From NCBI GenBank assembly GCA_964035545.1, contig OZ037767.1, forward strand, positions 6,278,707 to 6,342,706: 64,000 bases of DNA, given 5' to 3'. A program made the position numbers and the translations under genes. Shown piece by piece: positions 1-12,887 of the stretch. Source of the DNA: Bugula neritina. Taxonomy: Eukaryota; Animalia; Bryozoa. The notes under the pieces were generated by a model. That model searched no databases. It was not told the origin of the DNA and saw only the letters and a list, made by a program, of their open reading frames with translations. Within the stretch, counting starts at the first letter, position 1. Each line of letters starts with the position of its first letter.

Positions 1-137
1 TACATAAATGCAATACTTTTTAAAGCATCAATCTGCGTTGACTGATTGTAGCTTTATTCAAAAAGCATTACATGCAGTGACTGCCTAGCCTGCTGCATTA
101 GCATTAAAAATTAGCCCTCAACTGTTGCATATATAAC

Positions 138-357
<220 letters not shown>

Positions 358-394
358 TTTGCCCTGCACAAAACATTTCTTTATGATATGTTAC

Positions 395-932
395 CTCAGC
401 TGTTGGTGCATTGCAAATAATTGCTCTGTGTAGCAAGGTTAAACCCTCTCTATCAACATATTCTTGCTGCTCCTCAGAGAGAAAAGCATTGTGGGAATAT
501 CCAAGAGACTCTCTGACTGCCTGAATTCATGGAATAAGCTCATGTTTTTAAGAAGTTTACAGCTGTGTGCAGGGTTTAGAAACTTATTTAATGTATGTAT
601 ATTTCATTTATTTTTTACCCAAGGACTAAAATAGTAACATTTGGACAACATAGCAAAGCCTGCAAAGTTTTGTGTGGAATTGCCTTATTAGCAGCTCCAA
701 GATAAGGGTATTGCATGTAGTTTAGGATTCTCAAAATTGGAATTAGATCCCGAAATCCAAACCTAAACATCCTTAAGTGCTCTATTCATTCACCCTCAAC
801 TTGGAGCTGCTTATAAACCACTTCCCTTGTGTGTGAACTAATACTGTGCTATACCTCAAATCGATTTTCATTAATGGAATAACACATTGTCCTCAATGTC
901 ATTATCCTATCCTGTCCATAGTGTCTAGCCAT
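395..932 (-). CDS. Ankyrin-repeat protein, first two coding exons (gene continues off the left edge; possibly ASB-type)
   Basis: Exons 932-855 (aaaacaATGG context; [26 protein letters not shown]) and 520-395 ([42 protein letters not shown]), phase-0 GT/AG joins; D-x-x-G-x-T-x-L-H-x-A ankyrin motif. A possible 5'UTR exon lies at 1578-1524. Confidence 0.75.
685..816. repeat. Short imperfect inverted repeat (MITE-like remnant) in intron
   Basis: ttattagcagctccaag...agggt vs accct...cttggagctgcttataa, with an inner gtttagg/cctaaac pair. Confidence 0.5.
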
Positions 933-2837
933 TGTTTTTGTGGTTAGAGTCTTTTTTGTCTTTAGCATATATGTTTCTAATTTAGATTTTTTTGTGTTTC
1001 CCTTTCTTTATTTGCCAACTGTCACTAGACCAATATCTACAAAAATCACATTGAATCACACATACAAGCAGATGTCAGAAGTATTTCAAAATTAAGACTC
1101 TCTCAACACAAAGGTTTCTGGAAAACTTCAACCTAGCAATTTTTGCTAACTTTTTAGACCATTTAAAAAGATTAAACTGCTTTCTAAAATATTTTACTAA
1201 ACTATGTATACATTATTGCTAAAGAGATATTATAATAATTTATTTAAATTTATGAGTTTTGATGAAGGTTTGTAATGATTTACACTATAATAATTCAGTA
1301 CATAACAAAGTAATTATTATCTAGAAATGATTAGTTTTAAAATTTACTGTTATTGAGCTATTGGTAAAAATTCAATTTAGCAATGAGGTAATTGGTTAAC
1401 CCTGGAAAGTAATACTGGTAAATTCATTTAAAAGCTGGTCTTGATACTTTAATGCTCAAGTTTTTTAGGAAACATTTTACACATTCACATGTTGAAAAGA
1501 ATTTAAACAATAAAAAAAGTTACCTTGTATATATAGCAGCTGACGGAGTTTCAGGTAAAAATCAAACTTCCTCTGTACTGCAGACAACCAGAAATGAAAC
1601 AGCACTACTGCATATAAACTAAATAAAGCTAACAAGCTATTTCTATGTGAGCTTTACAGCTTTTATTCACCAGTGCATCCAGCTTTCTTTCAAATTTATC
1701 TAAGCTGTAAAAGTAGTTTGTTGAGATATTTCATCGGATGAAAAGTTACTTCAACTTATTTTAACATCAATTTATAGCAAAGCTGCAATATTTATATCAC
1801 ATCGGCTCAGTTCTGATCTATTTGATATAAGTAACTTATATACAGCACAATGTGTAGAGCCTTAGGGGGTTAAATTTGTTTCTTCCTGAATGCCGATTAT
1901 AAAATCTTGTCTTCCCCAGTATAATATGCAAAATGCAAAATTATATAATCATTTAGCATATGATGTTCTAATAATTGATTCTGAGTGTTGAGTTTAAAAA
2001 CAATGTGACAAAGTAATAGCTATACTGAGCTTTTTGGTGACAATTTGTGGAACAAGTGATAATTGATCTTAGTTTATTTAGTTGTTAAAATATAGTGTAT
2101 GCTTAAAGAGTTAAAACGAATGTGACAGTAACTTTTTATAAAAGTCTAAAGTCCTAATTTATTTAGCATTTCATAACACCAGTTTATTTCACCAATATTT
2201 ATTAGTTTTAAAATTTGTCTTCTTATAATAGTGAGAAACTAAGAACAGGCCTGCTGTAATAAAACATATTTTAGTCACTATAATTCTATGATGGACTGCA
2301 ACTGTACATTAGGCAGTTAAAGTTAACATGTAAGATCAACAACTGCTTTGATTACCATGAAGTAATATTTCAGGTTGAGAGAAGAGAGAATATGAATTGA
2401 TATATCATATGTCTGATGCATGTTGCTTTAAAATGTTTATGGTCAACCAGAACTACACAAATATTCTATAGAATGTGGTCTAAATTTTATCAATATACTA
2501 ACAAAGAATTAGTTCTGTTTAGCATGCATTATGAAAAGCTGTTTACTCCCACTACCTGAACAGGATAAAAATGAGATAGGTGAGAATAAAAAAATGGAAG
2601 AGCATTCCTTGTGAAACTCAATCATAAAAAGGAATTGTAAAATTATGCATAAACTGCAGCTGCTCAATCTTGATGAAGTTTTAAAAAAGATTTCAAACCA
2701 ATAAAAATATTGAAAACTTGGAAAAGATAAATGAATAATATATAAGTGATTTTATAGCTTTTGCTTTTAAAGTAAAAAAATTATACATAAAGATACTAAG
2801 AACATGGTTAAAGAATTATATGCTTTTTACATCGGAA

Positions 2838-3188
2838 TTATTCTAGGTCATCAAAATCTGTGTCTTGAAGCAGTAGGTATTCTATCAATACTTTTGGTAA
2901 CTGGTAAAGTTGAGGAACTTTCTTGACTAAAGAATGACCAAGACATCTCTCCTTACAACTGGACGGCATATTTCTTTTAGAGTTTGAACATTATAGTAGC
3001 AGTAATCTTCTAGAAACTCTACTGCATCTACATTTTTTTCTCTTAACTGATTCAATAAAATACTTGCTGCTAAGTTGGCTTTATCTGATCTTGGAGGTCT
3101 AGAAGGTTCTATTCCGTGGTTCACAAGCAGGTAGAGACAACTCAAATATACCGCCTTTTTGCTAGAGCACATTGTTCTGCAGTAATAC
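2838..3188 (-). pseudogene. Frameshifted terminal exon with SOCS box (ankyrin repeat and SOCS box-like paralog remnant)
   Basis: Frame 1 ...YYNVQTLKEICRPVVRR; removing an extra GA at ~2947-2950 continues CLGHSLVKKVPQLYQLPKVLIEYLLLQDTDFDDLE*, giving a complete BC-box plus cullin-box SOCS motif. Acceptor at 3189-3190; only a short candidate upstream exon (3302-3336) remains. Confidence 0.7.
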
Positions 3189-3364
3189 CTATAATCATAG
3201 ATTTACCAACATTATTATCATATAATTAGTACAGACAATTTTGCCTCCCAAAGGAAACAAGAAATATACTTAAACATGGTGAGCAGGCTTAAATAAGTTA
3301 CCAGTTTTTGCTACGTTGTTGGTCAGCATCACCTCCCTATTCACATTTACCGTATCGTATCGTG

Positions 3365-3885
3365 TAACCATGACATGTGTGAAAGAAACTCATGATACAT
3401 TTCAGGTAAACTAAAAAAGATCACAATAGGTTGTAATGCATCAATCTTTAGTATTGTAGGCAACTAATTTAATTATAATCACTTTGTGATGTTTTTGTAT
3501 CTTTAACGATGACTTTCATGGTTTTAGTTTATTATTAAAGGCAAAGCAATATTAAACTCTCTCATCAAATTGCATTGACTAAGAGATTTTTGATAGTAGC
3601 ATTATTACTTCTGCGCGGCCTATAAAGATGGAGTTTTCAGATATAAGTCTAGGGCAAGACATAGAAGATGTCTGATTAACAGAGATTGAGCTAAAACTAA
3701 GTAGCACCTGGAAACAATAAAAAGTTGATCATCTAGACCCTTGCCAATAAGATGAGGTTGTCTTATCAGCTCAATTTCTCTGTAGCTCTGTATCTGATCA
3801 CTTGCTACAGCTGCTTATAAATATTTATTGTTGTCAGTCTGCTGTTACGGTGATAAATATTATGTTGCAGATAAGAGTCAAATTT
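3365..3885. repeat. Orphan copy of the downstream block of the peptide-gene duplication unit
   Basis: Direct-orientation similarity to ~8200-8590 and ~11347-11840 (aaccatgac..tgtgaaagaa, aatcactttg, aaattgyattgact, gatgaggttg, gtatctgatcac). Confidence 0.75.
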
Positions 3886-4071
3886 TATACTGTTTTTTAC
3901 AAAATGATAGGAAACAGTACAAAATATTTAGATTTATAAAAAACTATAATATATATTATATAGCACGACCTCCTATCTACTACTCCTTCAGTCTTCAGGC
4001 TCCCCTGGCCTTTCAACTCCCTCAAAGTATTGCAAAATTTTACACTTCACTAAATAGCTTGAAAAATAATT

Positions 4072-4142
4072 GCCTCTACCGCGATTTAACCACAGGCCGC
4101 TGGCTTGCAGGCAGGTGTGCCAACCAAATACACCACAGAGGC
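4072..4142 (-). pseudogene. Degenerate tRNA-like sequence (GCA/Cys-like loop), tRNA pseudogene or SINE head
   Basis: Acceptor stem gcctctg/tagaggc, A-box-like tggtgtatttgg, degraded B box; shares the 5' flank gtgatgagtttkcccag with the copy at 8118-8183. Confidence 0.5.
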
Positions 4143-5227
4143 TGCTGGGCAAACTCATCACTGCACTATGTAATATCTTCCATGCAGTAATTGAATAAGT
4201 TCTCTTTTAGATCCTTATGCTATAACATTCTACATGTCTATAACATTTGTCTTTGTATAAATATGCCAGAAACTACTAAAGTAAAGTTTTTCAAACAAAA
4301 CTGAAAAAATTTCAAAGTCTGTATTTGAGAAAATTTCAATTTTTTTTTAGATCACTTAAGTTTCACTTATTCCCATCTCAGTAGTTGCTATATGTGGTAA
4401 AAATAAAATATAGGCGCTTAGAGCAAATCTTGTATAAATTCCTATAGTCAGCTGGACATACATGTTTCCTAATTTACCAAAACCTAATAAAGTTAGTTAA
4501 AATAGTTAACAATAAATTTTAATTTTAGTAATACCATTTATTAGAAATTATAAATTTGGGCTTCATTAAAACTTCTTTGAATGTTTAATTATTTTGTTTT
4601 TGTAACCAATCATGCCTATAACAACATAACATTTTTTTTCTGTCACTATGCAAAATAGTTGTTATATAGATAGTTTTTTTATGCGTCATGAACTTGACAG
4701 TTGTTTTTGCCATACTCCTGTGATTTTATTTAAAATCGATTGCTCTTTTTTCAATCTTTTTATGATTCTCCTTGCACTTAATTTACTTGCTCTAAATCTA
4801 TTAGATTCTATAAAGCTATGAATAATTTTGTACTTTTGCATGTGTATTGTATGCATCTAATCAATTATTGTCTCCGTGTATTTTTGTGTGCTTTACTGCA
4901 TTGAACATTGTTAATTGAATCATTTTTCTACAATTATCAACAAATAATGTGAACTTTTTTTTAGAAATAGGTGTTTTATACAAACTCTAAATTCTTTTAC
5001 AATTAAAAAAATTTATGTTGCTTGTAAAACTGCCTTTTCTTCTATCAAAACTTCTTTAAAGATAAAACAATTTAAATTAGTTCAGTTGGTAGAAAAACAA
5101 AGTAATTGCTTTGCAGTTTTAGTATTCATATTAGACATTCACCTGAATAAAAACAGAAAAGCAAAGTCAATAAATTGGTGTTTAGTATTTAAGCAGTATA
5201 ACTTTTAGACATTGGTAGAACTGTTAA

Positions 5228-5372
5228 CCAATCAGCTGAAAGCTGCAACGTGGAATAATCTGGTTCCGAAACTATATATATAAGGAGAAGTTGATCTTTT
5301 AGTACATAAAGTGTTTATTAGCACTGCATTTAACAACATATACAAGTGTGGTTGAACATAATATAGGGTCAG
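5228..5372 (+). promoter_or_regulatory. Promoter and non-coding exon 1 of defensin-like gene A
   Basis: CCAAT 5228-5232, TATA 5273-5283, exon ending cag|gtaaga at 5372; same arrangement conserved in copies B and C. Confidence 0.7.
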
Positions 5373-5619
5373 GTAAGAAACTAAAATGGTTCAAGTACTA
5401 GACTGACTGTGCTACATAGATTGAAATAAAAACAGTTTTTATCATCATATATTGAGCTACACACATGCACGCACATTAATGTATATCAATATACACAAAC
5501 AAGTATATTATAGTTAACATGTCCTTATATATTAAATAGTCTGCAGTTTTTAACTAATTTTTAAAAGAGAATCTCTTCTATATACGCAGCTCATGTGTGT
5601 TGTAGAATACAGACTCAAC

Positions 5620-6083
5620 ATGAATGTTCATGCATTGTTACTAACTGTCATTATCATGATCATTTTTATAAGTAAGTATCAAGTTTTTTGTATATTTCAT
5701 CAATGAGAAAGTTTATTTTATGTGGACATACTTTGCATCAGGTTTTGTATTAGGTTTTAACTAACATGTATTATAATAGTCAATATATAAATATATGTTT
5801 TAGACAGCGTGTTTCTACTGCATGTTTAACAGTCACTTTTTTAAAATTGTATTAAGTACTATTCCTTGTTTTATTTTTGTTAAATTATACAATTGTGAGG
5901 AACTATTTTTTTCCAATTAAAATGTTACAACGATATTCATGAATATTTGATTCTTTCTTAGGTTCTGCTTCATCTTTATGGACAGCAAAATATGGAAGGT
6001 GCAAAAAGCATTGTAGAGCCAGGGGGTTGAACACATCCAATAATTTAATATTTGGATACTGTTTATGTCATAATATAGACTAA
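5620..6083 (+). CDS. Secreted cationic 4-Cys defensin-like (CSalpha-beta-type) peptide A, 57 aa
   Basis: Exons 5620-5671 and 5962-6083, phase-1 intron. MNVHALLLTVIIMIIFISSASS / LWTAKYGRCKKHCRARGLNTSNNLIFGYCLCHNID*. Signal peptide plus C-x3-C-x15-C-x-C; AATAAA at 6261-6266; two intact paralogs nearby. Confidence 0.85.
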
Positions 6084-7059
6084 GAAAAGAGCTAAGTCTA
6101 ACATAATTTTGAACCAAAAAAATAATCCTCTTTCAGTCACCGCCTATAACAGTGGTTTTATAATGACTGCTAATTGATATAAGTTTCATAGTTCTGCAGA
6201 TTACAAATTCTAATCTCATTCAAATATCCATTCATATGATGTAATACCTGTTTTTTGAACAATAAAGTAACTGCTGTTTTTAAAAAATCTCTGTGTGTTG
6301 GACAAGTCAGGCTAAGTGAAATTTATTCAATTTTGATATTGATACGTCATTATTATAATAGTTTAGCTTGTAAAATTATATCATAGATGTAATTGTAACA
6401 CGCAACATATGCAGTGTTTTATCAAATCAAATGACAGTTTAAAGTTTCAGCATTAGCACTAGAAATAAGATAACAAATGAGACTGTATTAAAAGATTAGA
6501 CGTATCACGTTACTTTCAAATAATAATTCTTCTATTTTTTCCAACTGGTTTTTATGAATCAAGCTGTAACTATGTGCTATTATCTACTAGTTTATAGTAT
6601 ATGCTTTCTCTATAATGCTCAATATATATTCTCTCTCATATACGGACATTTGACCTGCTATTCCCATCATATTAATAATCATCATAATATACAAGGCAAG
6701 CAACAGCAAATGTCATATACCTGAATGAATTTTGTCTGATTTATCATTCCATCAATCCTCAATGCATTGGTCTGGTGAGTGCCAGCTTAATACTATATTA
6801 AAGAGAATATAGCAATTGTTTCATGAACTCCTTATCTGAAAGGTAGGCTACCTAACTTAAGAAAATACAGTGAAGCTAATAGCTAGAACTTTACTTTTAG
6901 TAATACTGTGGTAAACTTTGGGTTATCTATATTGTTAATAGTTGGCAGAGAATAGCTCTGTTATTAACTCACTGGGATTAGTAGCCCGACATTTGTATAT
7001 GCCTTGAAAATGCTATCATTTGTAACTCTCTAGTAATCATGTAAATGGTTTTCCTGAAT

Positions 7060-7525
7060 GGGGGGGGGGGGGGGGGAGAGGGGGTATAACAATGGCTAGC
7101 GATAATAGCTGCCTGGGCAAGTCTGGGGAATTCTTATCTTCCAAGTGACAGTTATGCATCGACTTGTCCCAGAGAGTTCTAGAACATTCAGAACTTCCGT
7201 TTGGATGAATACGTAAATGGTACACAGCGTTATTCATAAGCTTAGGCTTATTGGCCAGCCTTTAAATGGTCTATCTCAGTATATAAAGAGGTGACCATGC
7301 TAGCTCGGAGAGTTTGAGAATAGTTAGGCACTGTAGCATTTTTAGTCTTTGCGCACTGTTATTTTGCTACTTGATCATGTAATTTTTTAGATGACTTTTT
7401 AGTAATAATAAATGGAGTAAGTTTGACCTTTTTAATAGGCAATCCTAAAATGCATGCCTACCCACAGAATACTCTCGCACCTTTCTCAGACAGGGGACAG
7501 ATCCCGAAACAGCTGCTGTCCACAG
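7060..7525 (+). mobile_element. Probable LTR-retrotransposon 3' end: polypurine tract followed by LTR-like promoter
   Basis: G-rich purine tract 7060-7084 abutting tataac (resembles a TGTAAC LTR start), heat-shock element TTCtaGAAcaTTC 7177-7189, ATTGG ~7250, TATATAAA 7280-7287, AATAAA 7407-7412. The 3' boundary is uncertain. Confidence 0.45.
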
Positions 7526-7528
7526 ATT

Positions 7529-7530
<2 letters not shown>

Positions 7531-7620
<90 letters not shown>
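7531..7620. repeat. (TA)n microsatellite
   Basis: Directly visible. Confidence 0.97.
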
Positions 7621-7621
<1 letters not shown>

Positions 7622-7740
7622 TTATGTAAATATACACTAAAATATACCTTGCTGATTACGTTAAATGCATCAGAGGCTGTAGCTATACACATGACGATAA
7701 AAACTATTTTTATTTCGGTCTATGTAGCACAGTCAGGCTA
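7621..7740 (-). pseudogene. Relic of intron 1 of a further, deleted defensin-like gene copy
   Basis: Matches ~9944-10070 (ttgctgat..gttaaatgcatcaga..ctgtagct..acatga.gataaaaactatttttatttc); no exons retained. Confidence 0.65.
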
Positions 7741-7890
7741 ACACACACACACACGCACACACGCACACACGCACACACGCACACACGCACACACGCACAC
7801 ACGCACACACGCACACACGCACACACGTACACACGTACACACGTACACATGTACACACGTACACACGTACACATGTACACAGGTACACAC
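7741..7890. repeat. (CA)/(CACACACG)n/(CACACGTA)n simple repeat
   Basis: Directly visible. Confidence 0.95.
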
Positions 7891-8117
7891 AATTTATCAC
7901 ACCTATATGTACGAACTATATACAAGCCATTATTGTAGCCAAGTCACAATATAAAATGATATAAATGGAATTAAATGAACATATTTATTATAGAGCTGTA
8001 ACTTGCAAAATTTAGTTACAGATATAAAATTTTACTTTGCAAAATGTAGTAATATATACTAATTTATATATGGGGTTCAGAGAATTGAGTGATATGTAGT
8101 GATGAGTTTTCCCAGTG

Positions 8118-8183
8118 GCCCCTGTGGTGTGATTGGTTAGGGTGCCTGCTTGCAAGCCTTTGGTTCGAATCCCGATGGGGGCA
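8118..8183 (+). pseudogene. Degenerate tRNA-like sequence, tRNA pseudogene or SINE head
   Basis: Acceptor stem gcccct/gggggc, A box tggtgtgattgg, B box ggttcgaatcc, internal deletion after the anticodon arm; inverted relative to 4072-4142. Confidence 0.55.
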
Positions 8184-9290
8184 ACTATACTTTGCTTGTA
8201 ATCACTCTGTGATGTCTTTGTATATTGAATGGTAGGGCTCTATATGTTTAAGTTCATTATTACAGACAAAGCAATTTGACTGTCTTGGCAAAATGTATTG
8301 TTTGATAGTAACATAATAATTATATATTTTTACTTTTTGACTTATGCCCTATAATATGAAGATTGAGTCTTGATCTGCTTGATTACCAACACCAAGCAGC
8401 GTGCACCTGGAAATACAAAATCATTTGTATATGCTGAGGTTGTTGTTTTGCCGGACTATCATTTCAAATTAAATGTAACTTCAGTGTATCTGATCACCTG
8501 CAACAAGTGCTTATAAACATTTATTGTTGTCTGCTACTGTGTTATGATGACGACTGTTATGATAGAGATAGCATGATGAAAGTCATCTGCCTGTTATATG
8601 TAAGAAGAGAAAATAGGTATATAGAGCATAGAGAGAATACACACTATAATAAACTAGTAGGAAAGAGTAGTTAGATTCACAGAAAGGTGAATAAAAGTTG
8701 AGTAATTTTACTAGTAAAAGCGGTTAGTTTGATACTTTCAATTTAGTAATACATTTTCATTTCTTATCTTATTTCCCTATAAATGCTTAATTTTTAAATT
8801 GTCATTTGATTTGATAAAACACTATATGCATTTTGTATGTCACAAGTATGCGTATATAAATAAATTTTACAAGGCAAACAACTATATGATAATAATGTAT
8901 CGATATGATTATCTTATTTTTAAGGCTATTGTTTAACTTTTAAACTGTCATTTGATTTGATAAAATGTTAAATTTTGCACTTTACAATTATACATATAAT
9001 ACAATTTCACGAGCTTAACTATACTATAATAGTGAGGTACCAATAAGTGTATTATATTTCATAATACACTTATTGGTACACTTATGCAACACACAGAAAT
9101 TTTTTTAAAACAATAGTTGCTTTATTGCTCAAAAGACAGGCGTTACATCATGAACTGATATTTGAATGAGTTTAGAATTTATAATATGCAGAACTATAAA
9201 ACTTATATTAAATAACAGTCATTTAAAACCATCATTGTATAGGTGGTGACTAAAAGCAGCTTGCCTTCTTTGTTTAAAACTATGTTAGAC

Positions 9291-9760
9291 TTAGCGTGTT
9301 TTTATTTCCTCACCACATAAACAATATCCCAAAAGATAATTATGATGTGTGGCTCTCCCTGTTGCCTTACAATGACGTCTGCACCTTTTAGAACTTGCTG
9401 TCCATAGAGATGAAGCTGAACCTACAAAAAAAATCAAATCTTCAGAAATATCATTGTAAAGCTTTGCAAAAATTATTTAATAAAATCTGGGTATTGAAAG
9501 TAATAAAACAAATGCTAGCACTGAATTTCATTTTTTCAAAAAAACTATCTTGTCAAAAATGCGGTTCAAACACACAGCTTAAAATGTCATCTAATTGTAT
9601 TGACTAAATTTTAGTTGATATATTAAGTAACACAAAACTTGCAAAATACGTCAATATAAAGTCACTTTTAACCATTGATAAAAGAAAGAAAAAAGTTGAT
9701 ATACTTACTTATAAAAATGATCATGAAGATGGCAGTTAGTAACAATGCATGAGCATTCAT
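9291..9760 (-). CDS. Secreted cationic 4-Cys defensin-like peptide B, 60 aa
   Basis: Exons 9760-9709 and 9421-9291, phase-1 intron. MNAHALLLTAIFMIIFISSASS / LWTASSKRCRRHCKATGRATHHNYLLGYCLCGEEIKTR*. AATAAA at 9126-9121. Confidence 0.85.
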
Positions 9761-10096
9761 GTTGAGTCTGTATTCTACAACACACAATTACAATAATAAG
9801 TTTTCTTTTAAATACTGGTTAAATTGTTGTAGAAATATAACAAAAATGATCTGTTAATTGTTTCTTTGCAGTTAATATGTGTGTTTACATGTGTGTGTGC
9901 TTTTATGTGCATTATTGTGCATGTATAAAAAATATACTACAATTATGTAAAAATTTACTGTAAAAAATATCTTGCTGATCATGTTAAATGCATCAGAAAC
10001 TGTAGCTCAATACATGATGATAAAAACTATTTTTATTTCAATCTATGTATAGCACATGCAGTCAAGCTAAGACTTGAACCATCTTTAGTTTCTTAC

Positions 10097-10240
10097 CTGA
10101 CCCTATATTATGTTCAACCTCACTTGTATATGGTGTTAAATGCAGTGCTGATAGACACTTTATGTATTAAAAGATCAACTTCTCCTTATATATATATGTT
10201 TTCTGAGGCGGATTATTACATGTACCTTTCAGTTGATTGG
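10097..10240 (-). promoter_or_regulatory. Promoter and non-coding exon 1 of defensin-like gene B
   Basis: CCAAT 10240-10236, TATA 10197-10186, exon ending cag|gtaaga at 10097. Confidence 0.7.
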
Positions 10241-12426
10241 TTAAAAATCTTACCAATGTCTAAAATACTGTCTTAATATTGAACAACAGTTTATTTATTT
10301 TGCTGGTTTGATTTTATTTGGGTGAATGTTTAATAAATACTAAAACTGCAAAGCAATTTTTCTGTTTTTTCACTAATTGAACTAACTCAAACCGTTTTAT
10401 CTTAAAGAAATATTTGATGGCAGAAAAAGTGATTATGAAAGCAACATAAAGCTTTTAAATTTTGAAATTATTTATAGCTCGTATAAAATAAGGAGTTTTA
10501 ATCACAAAGTATTTCAAATTAACTATTGATTATTGCAGAAGCATAATTTAATTAACCCTGTTTAAACCATCAAAACACACAAAAATACACAGAAGCAAGT
10601 AAATGCATATACAACACATGCAAAAATGCAGAATCATACAAAGCTTTTCAGAATCTAATAGATTAAGAACAAGGAGAAATGCTCAAGGAATATAAAGAAA
10701 CTGAAAAAAATCAAGTTTCAATTAAAAGTCACGGGAGTGTAGCAAAAGAGTATTCAGTTCAATATATATAACATATATATCAATACAGGCATCTAATAAC
10801 AACCAGTTTGCAAATAAGCGGAAGGTGGGGCAGGAAATAGTGTTATGCTGTAGGTGCAGAATAGTTTGAAAAATTAAAAATAGCACTACTTAAACTGAAA
10901 CTACTTCAACTAACTTTACTAACTTTACTATTTCTTAAGTCAGGCAGCATTTCTTGCTGATTAGGAAATTATAGAAACAAATCATTATATATATCATTAT
11001 ATATTTATGTATTATATATGATGATGCGACCGTATCTGGTAAGAATTGATATGGGAATTAGTGAACGCAAAGTTGCATAAACTTTTGACTGAAACAGGAA
11101 TTTTATTAAATAAGCTGTTATACATAGTTTTGATAATTTTTCAGTTTTATTTTAAAAACTTTACTTTGGCAATTTCTGCCATTTATACAAAAAAGAATGA
11201 GATAGAAAAGTAGAAAAGAATCTAAAAAGAAATTATTCACGCAATTACTTCGTGAAAGATATATAAAAAAATAAGTAAATCTATCAACTATACATGTTTT
11301 TTTTGTGTATAAAATGCGTCAGTTAGCAATAGTATCTTTTACAAGTAAACCATGACTTGTGAAAGAACATTAATGCTACATTTGTTTCAAGTAGCCTAAC
11401 AAATATCACAATTGGTTGTAATGTACTGATCTTTGGGTAAGTAGTTTATTCGAAATCACTTTGGGATATTTGTATATATTGAATTGTAGAGCTATTTATA
11501 TTTGAGTTTATTATTGCAGGCAATGCAATTAAACTGTCTTAGCAAATTGTATTGACTTAGAGATTTTTGACAGCAACATCATTATTTCCTGCCTTTAAAG
11601 ATATAGACCTTCAGATACAAGATATAGCCTTCATATTGCTATAATAACATCAAAAAAATCTGGAATAATAAACTGATCATATAAACTATATTTTGCTTAT
11701 GATGAGGTTGTTTTACCAGATTATCATTTTAATTTATCTGTAACTGTGTATATGGTCACCTAGCTGCATCACCTGCCTAAAAGTTTTACCTGCATTGTAT
11801 TATGATGATAAATAGTATTATGATGAAAATAAAAAGTCAATGGCTGTAAGGGGTTATAGAGGGAATACATTGAGCATAGAAAAAATACAGACTATAAAAA
11901 ACTAATAGGAAGCAATATATATAGTTGGTTTCAACAAAAGGTATATAGTTGAATAAGATTAGAATAATTGCTAGTAATTGCAGTTAGTTTGACGTACTTC
12001 CAGCTTTGTAATTTGATTGCATTCCCTATGTGGTTTTGATGACGATAGTGCCTATTTTTAACAAATTTTACCATATGAATTAGTGAAATAATATATGGGG
12101 CATGTTAAAATTATAACTGTAGTAAAACTTTGCTAGGCAAGCAACTATATATAATAATAATAACGTATCGATGTGTGTATATTAAATTCATTTTATGATT
12201 TTATATTTTCACTTAGCTTGACTTGACCAACACCCATAAGTTTTTTAAGACAATATTAACTTTATTGCTCAAAAAGCAGGCGTTACATTAAAAACTGATA
12301 TTTGAAGAAGTTTAGAAGTTGTGATCTGCAAAACTATAAAACTTATATCAAATAGCAGTCCATTTAAACCACCATTAGTTGGTGACTGAAAGCAGCTTAT
12401 CTTCCTGGTTTAAAACTATGTTAGAC

Positions 12427-12887
12427 TTAAATTGTTTTTATTTTCATACCACAATAACAATATCCAAACAAAAAATTATCATAGGTGGTTCTCTTCCTAG
12501 CCTTACAATGCTTCATGCACCTTGTATAACTTGCTGTCCATAAAGAGGAAGCTTTGCCTGTGAAAAAAATAGAATCGTTAAGAAAATCATTGTAATGCTT
12601 TGCAAAATTTATTTGATCATATTTCGGCATTGAAAGTAATAAAAAACTGCTAGCATTGGATTTAATGTTTCAGGAAAAGTTCCTTGTCAAAAAATGCAGA
12701 ACTCAAACACACAGTTTCAAACATCTAATTGTATTGACTAAATTTCAGTTGCTGTATTAGGTAACACAAAACCTGCAAAATATGAAAATTTATAACAGAA
12801 ATTGTAACTGTAGATAAAAAAAAGTTGATACTTACTTATAAAAATGATCTTGATAATGACAGTTAGTAACAATGCATGAACATTCAT
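12427..12887 (-). CDS. Secreted cationic 4-Cys defensin-like peptide C, 60 aa
   Basis: Exons 12887-12836 and 12557-12427, phase-1 intron. MNVHALLLTVIIKIIFISKASS / LWTASYTRCMKHCKARKRTTYDNFLFGYCYCGMKIKTI*. AATAAA at 12266-12261. Confidence 0.85.

Noticed and set aside
3748-3800. gatga...ctga segment resembling a C/D snoRNA or let-7-like tgaggttg
   Set aside because: Boxes are not conserved across the three copies, and there is no terminal stem or precursor hairpin.
5917-6117. 66-aa ORF on the - strand
   Set aside because: Antisense shadow of the real + strand peptide exon 5962-6083.
7454-7925. YI- and CV-repeat ORFs
   Set aside because: Products of (TA)n and (CA)-type simple repeats.
8118-8183. 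Functional tRNA gene
   Set aside because: Anticodon and variable arms are deleted or mispaired and there is no oligo-T terminator; treated as a pseudogene or SINE head.
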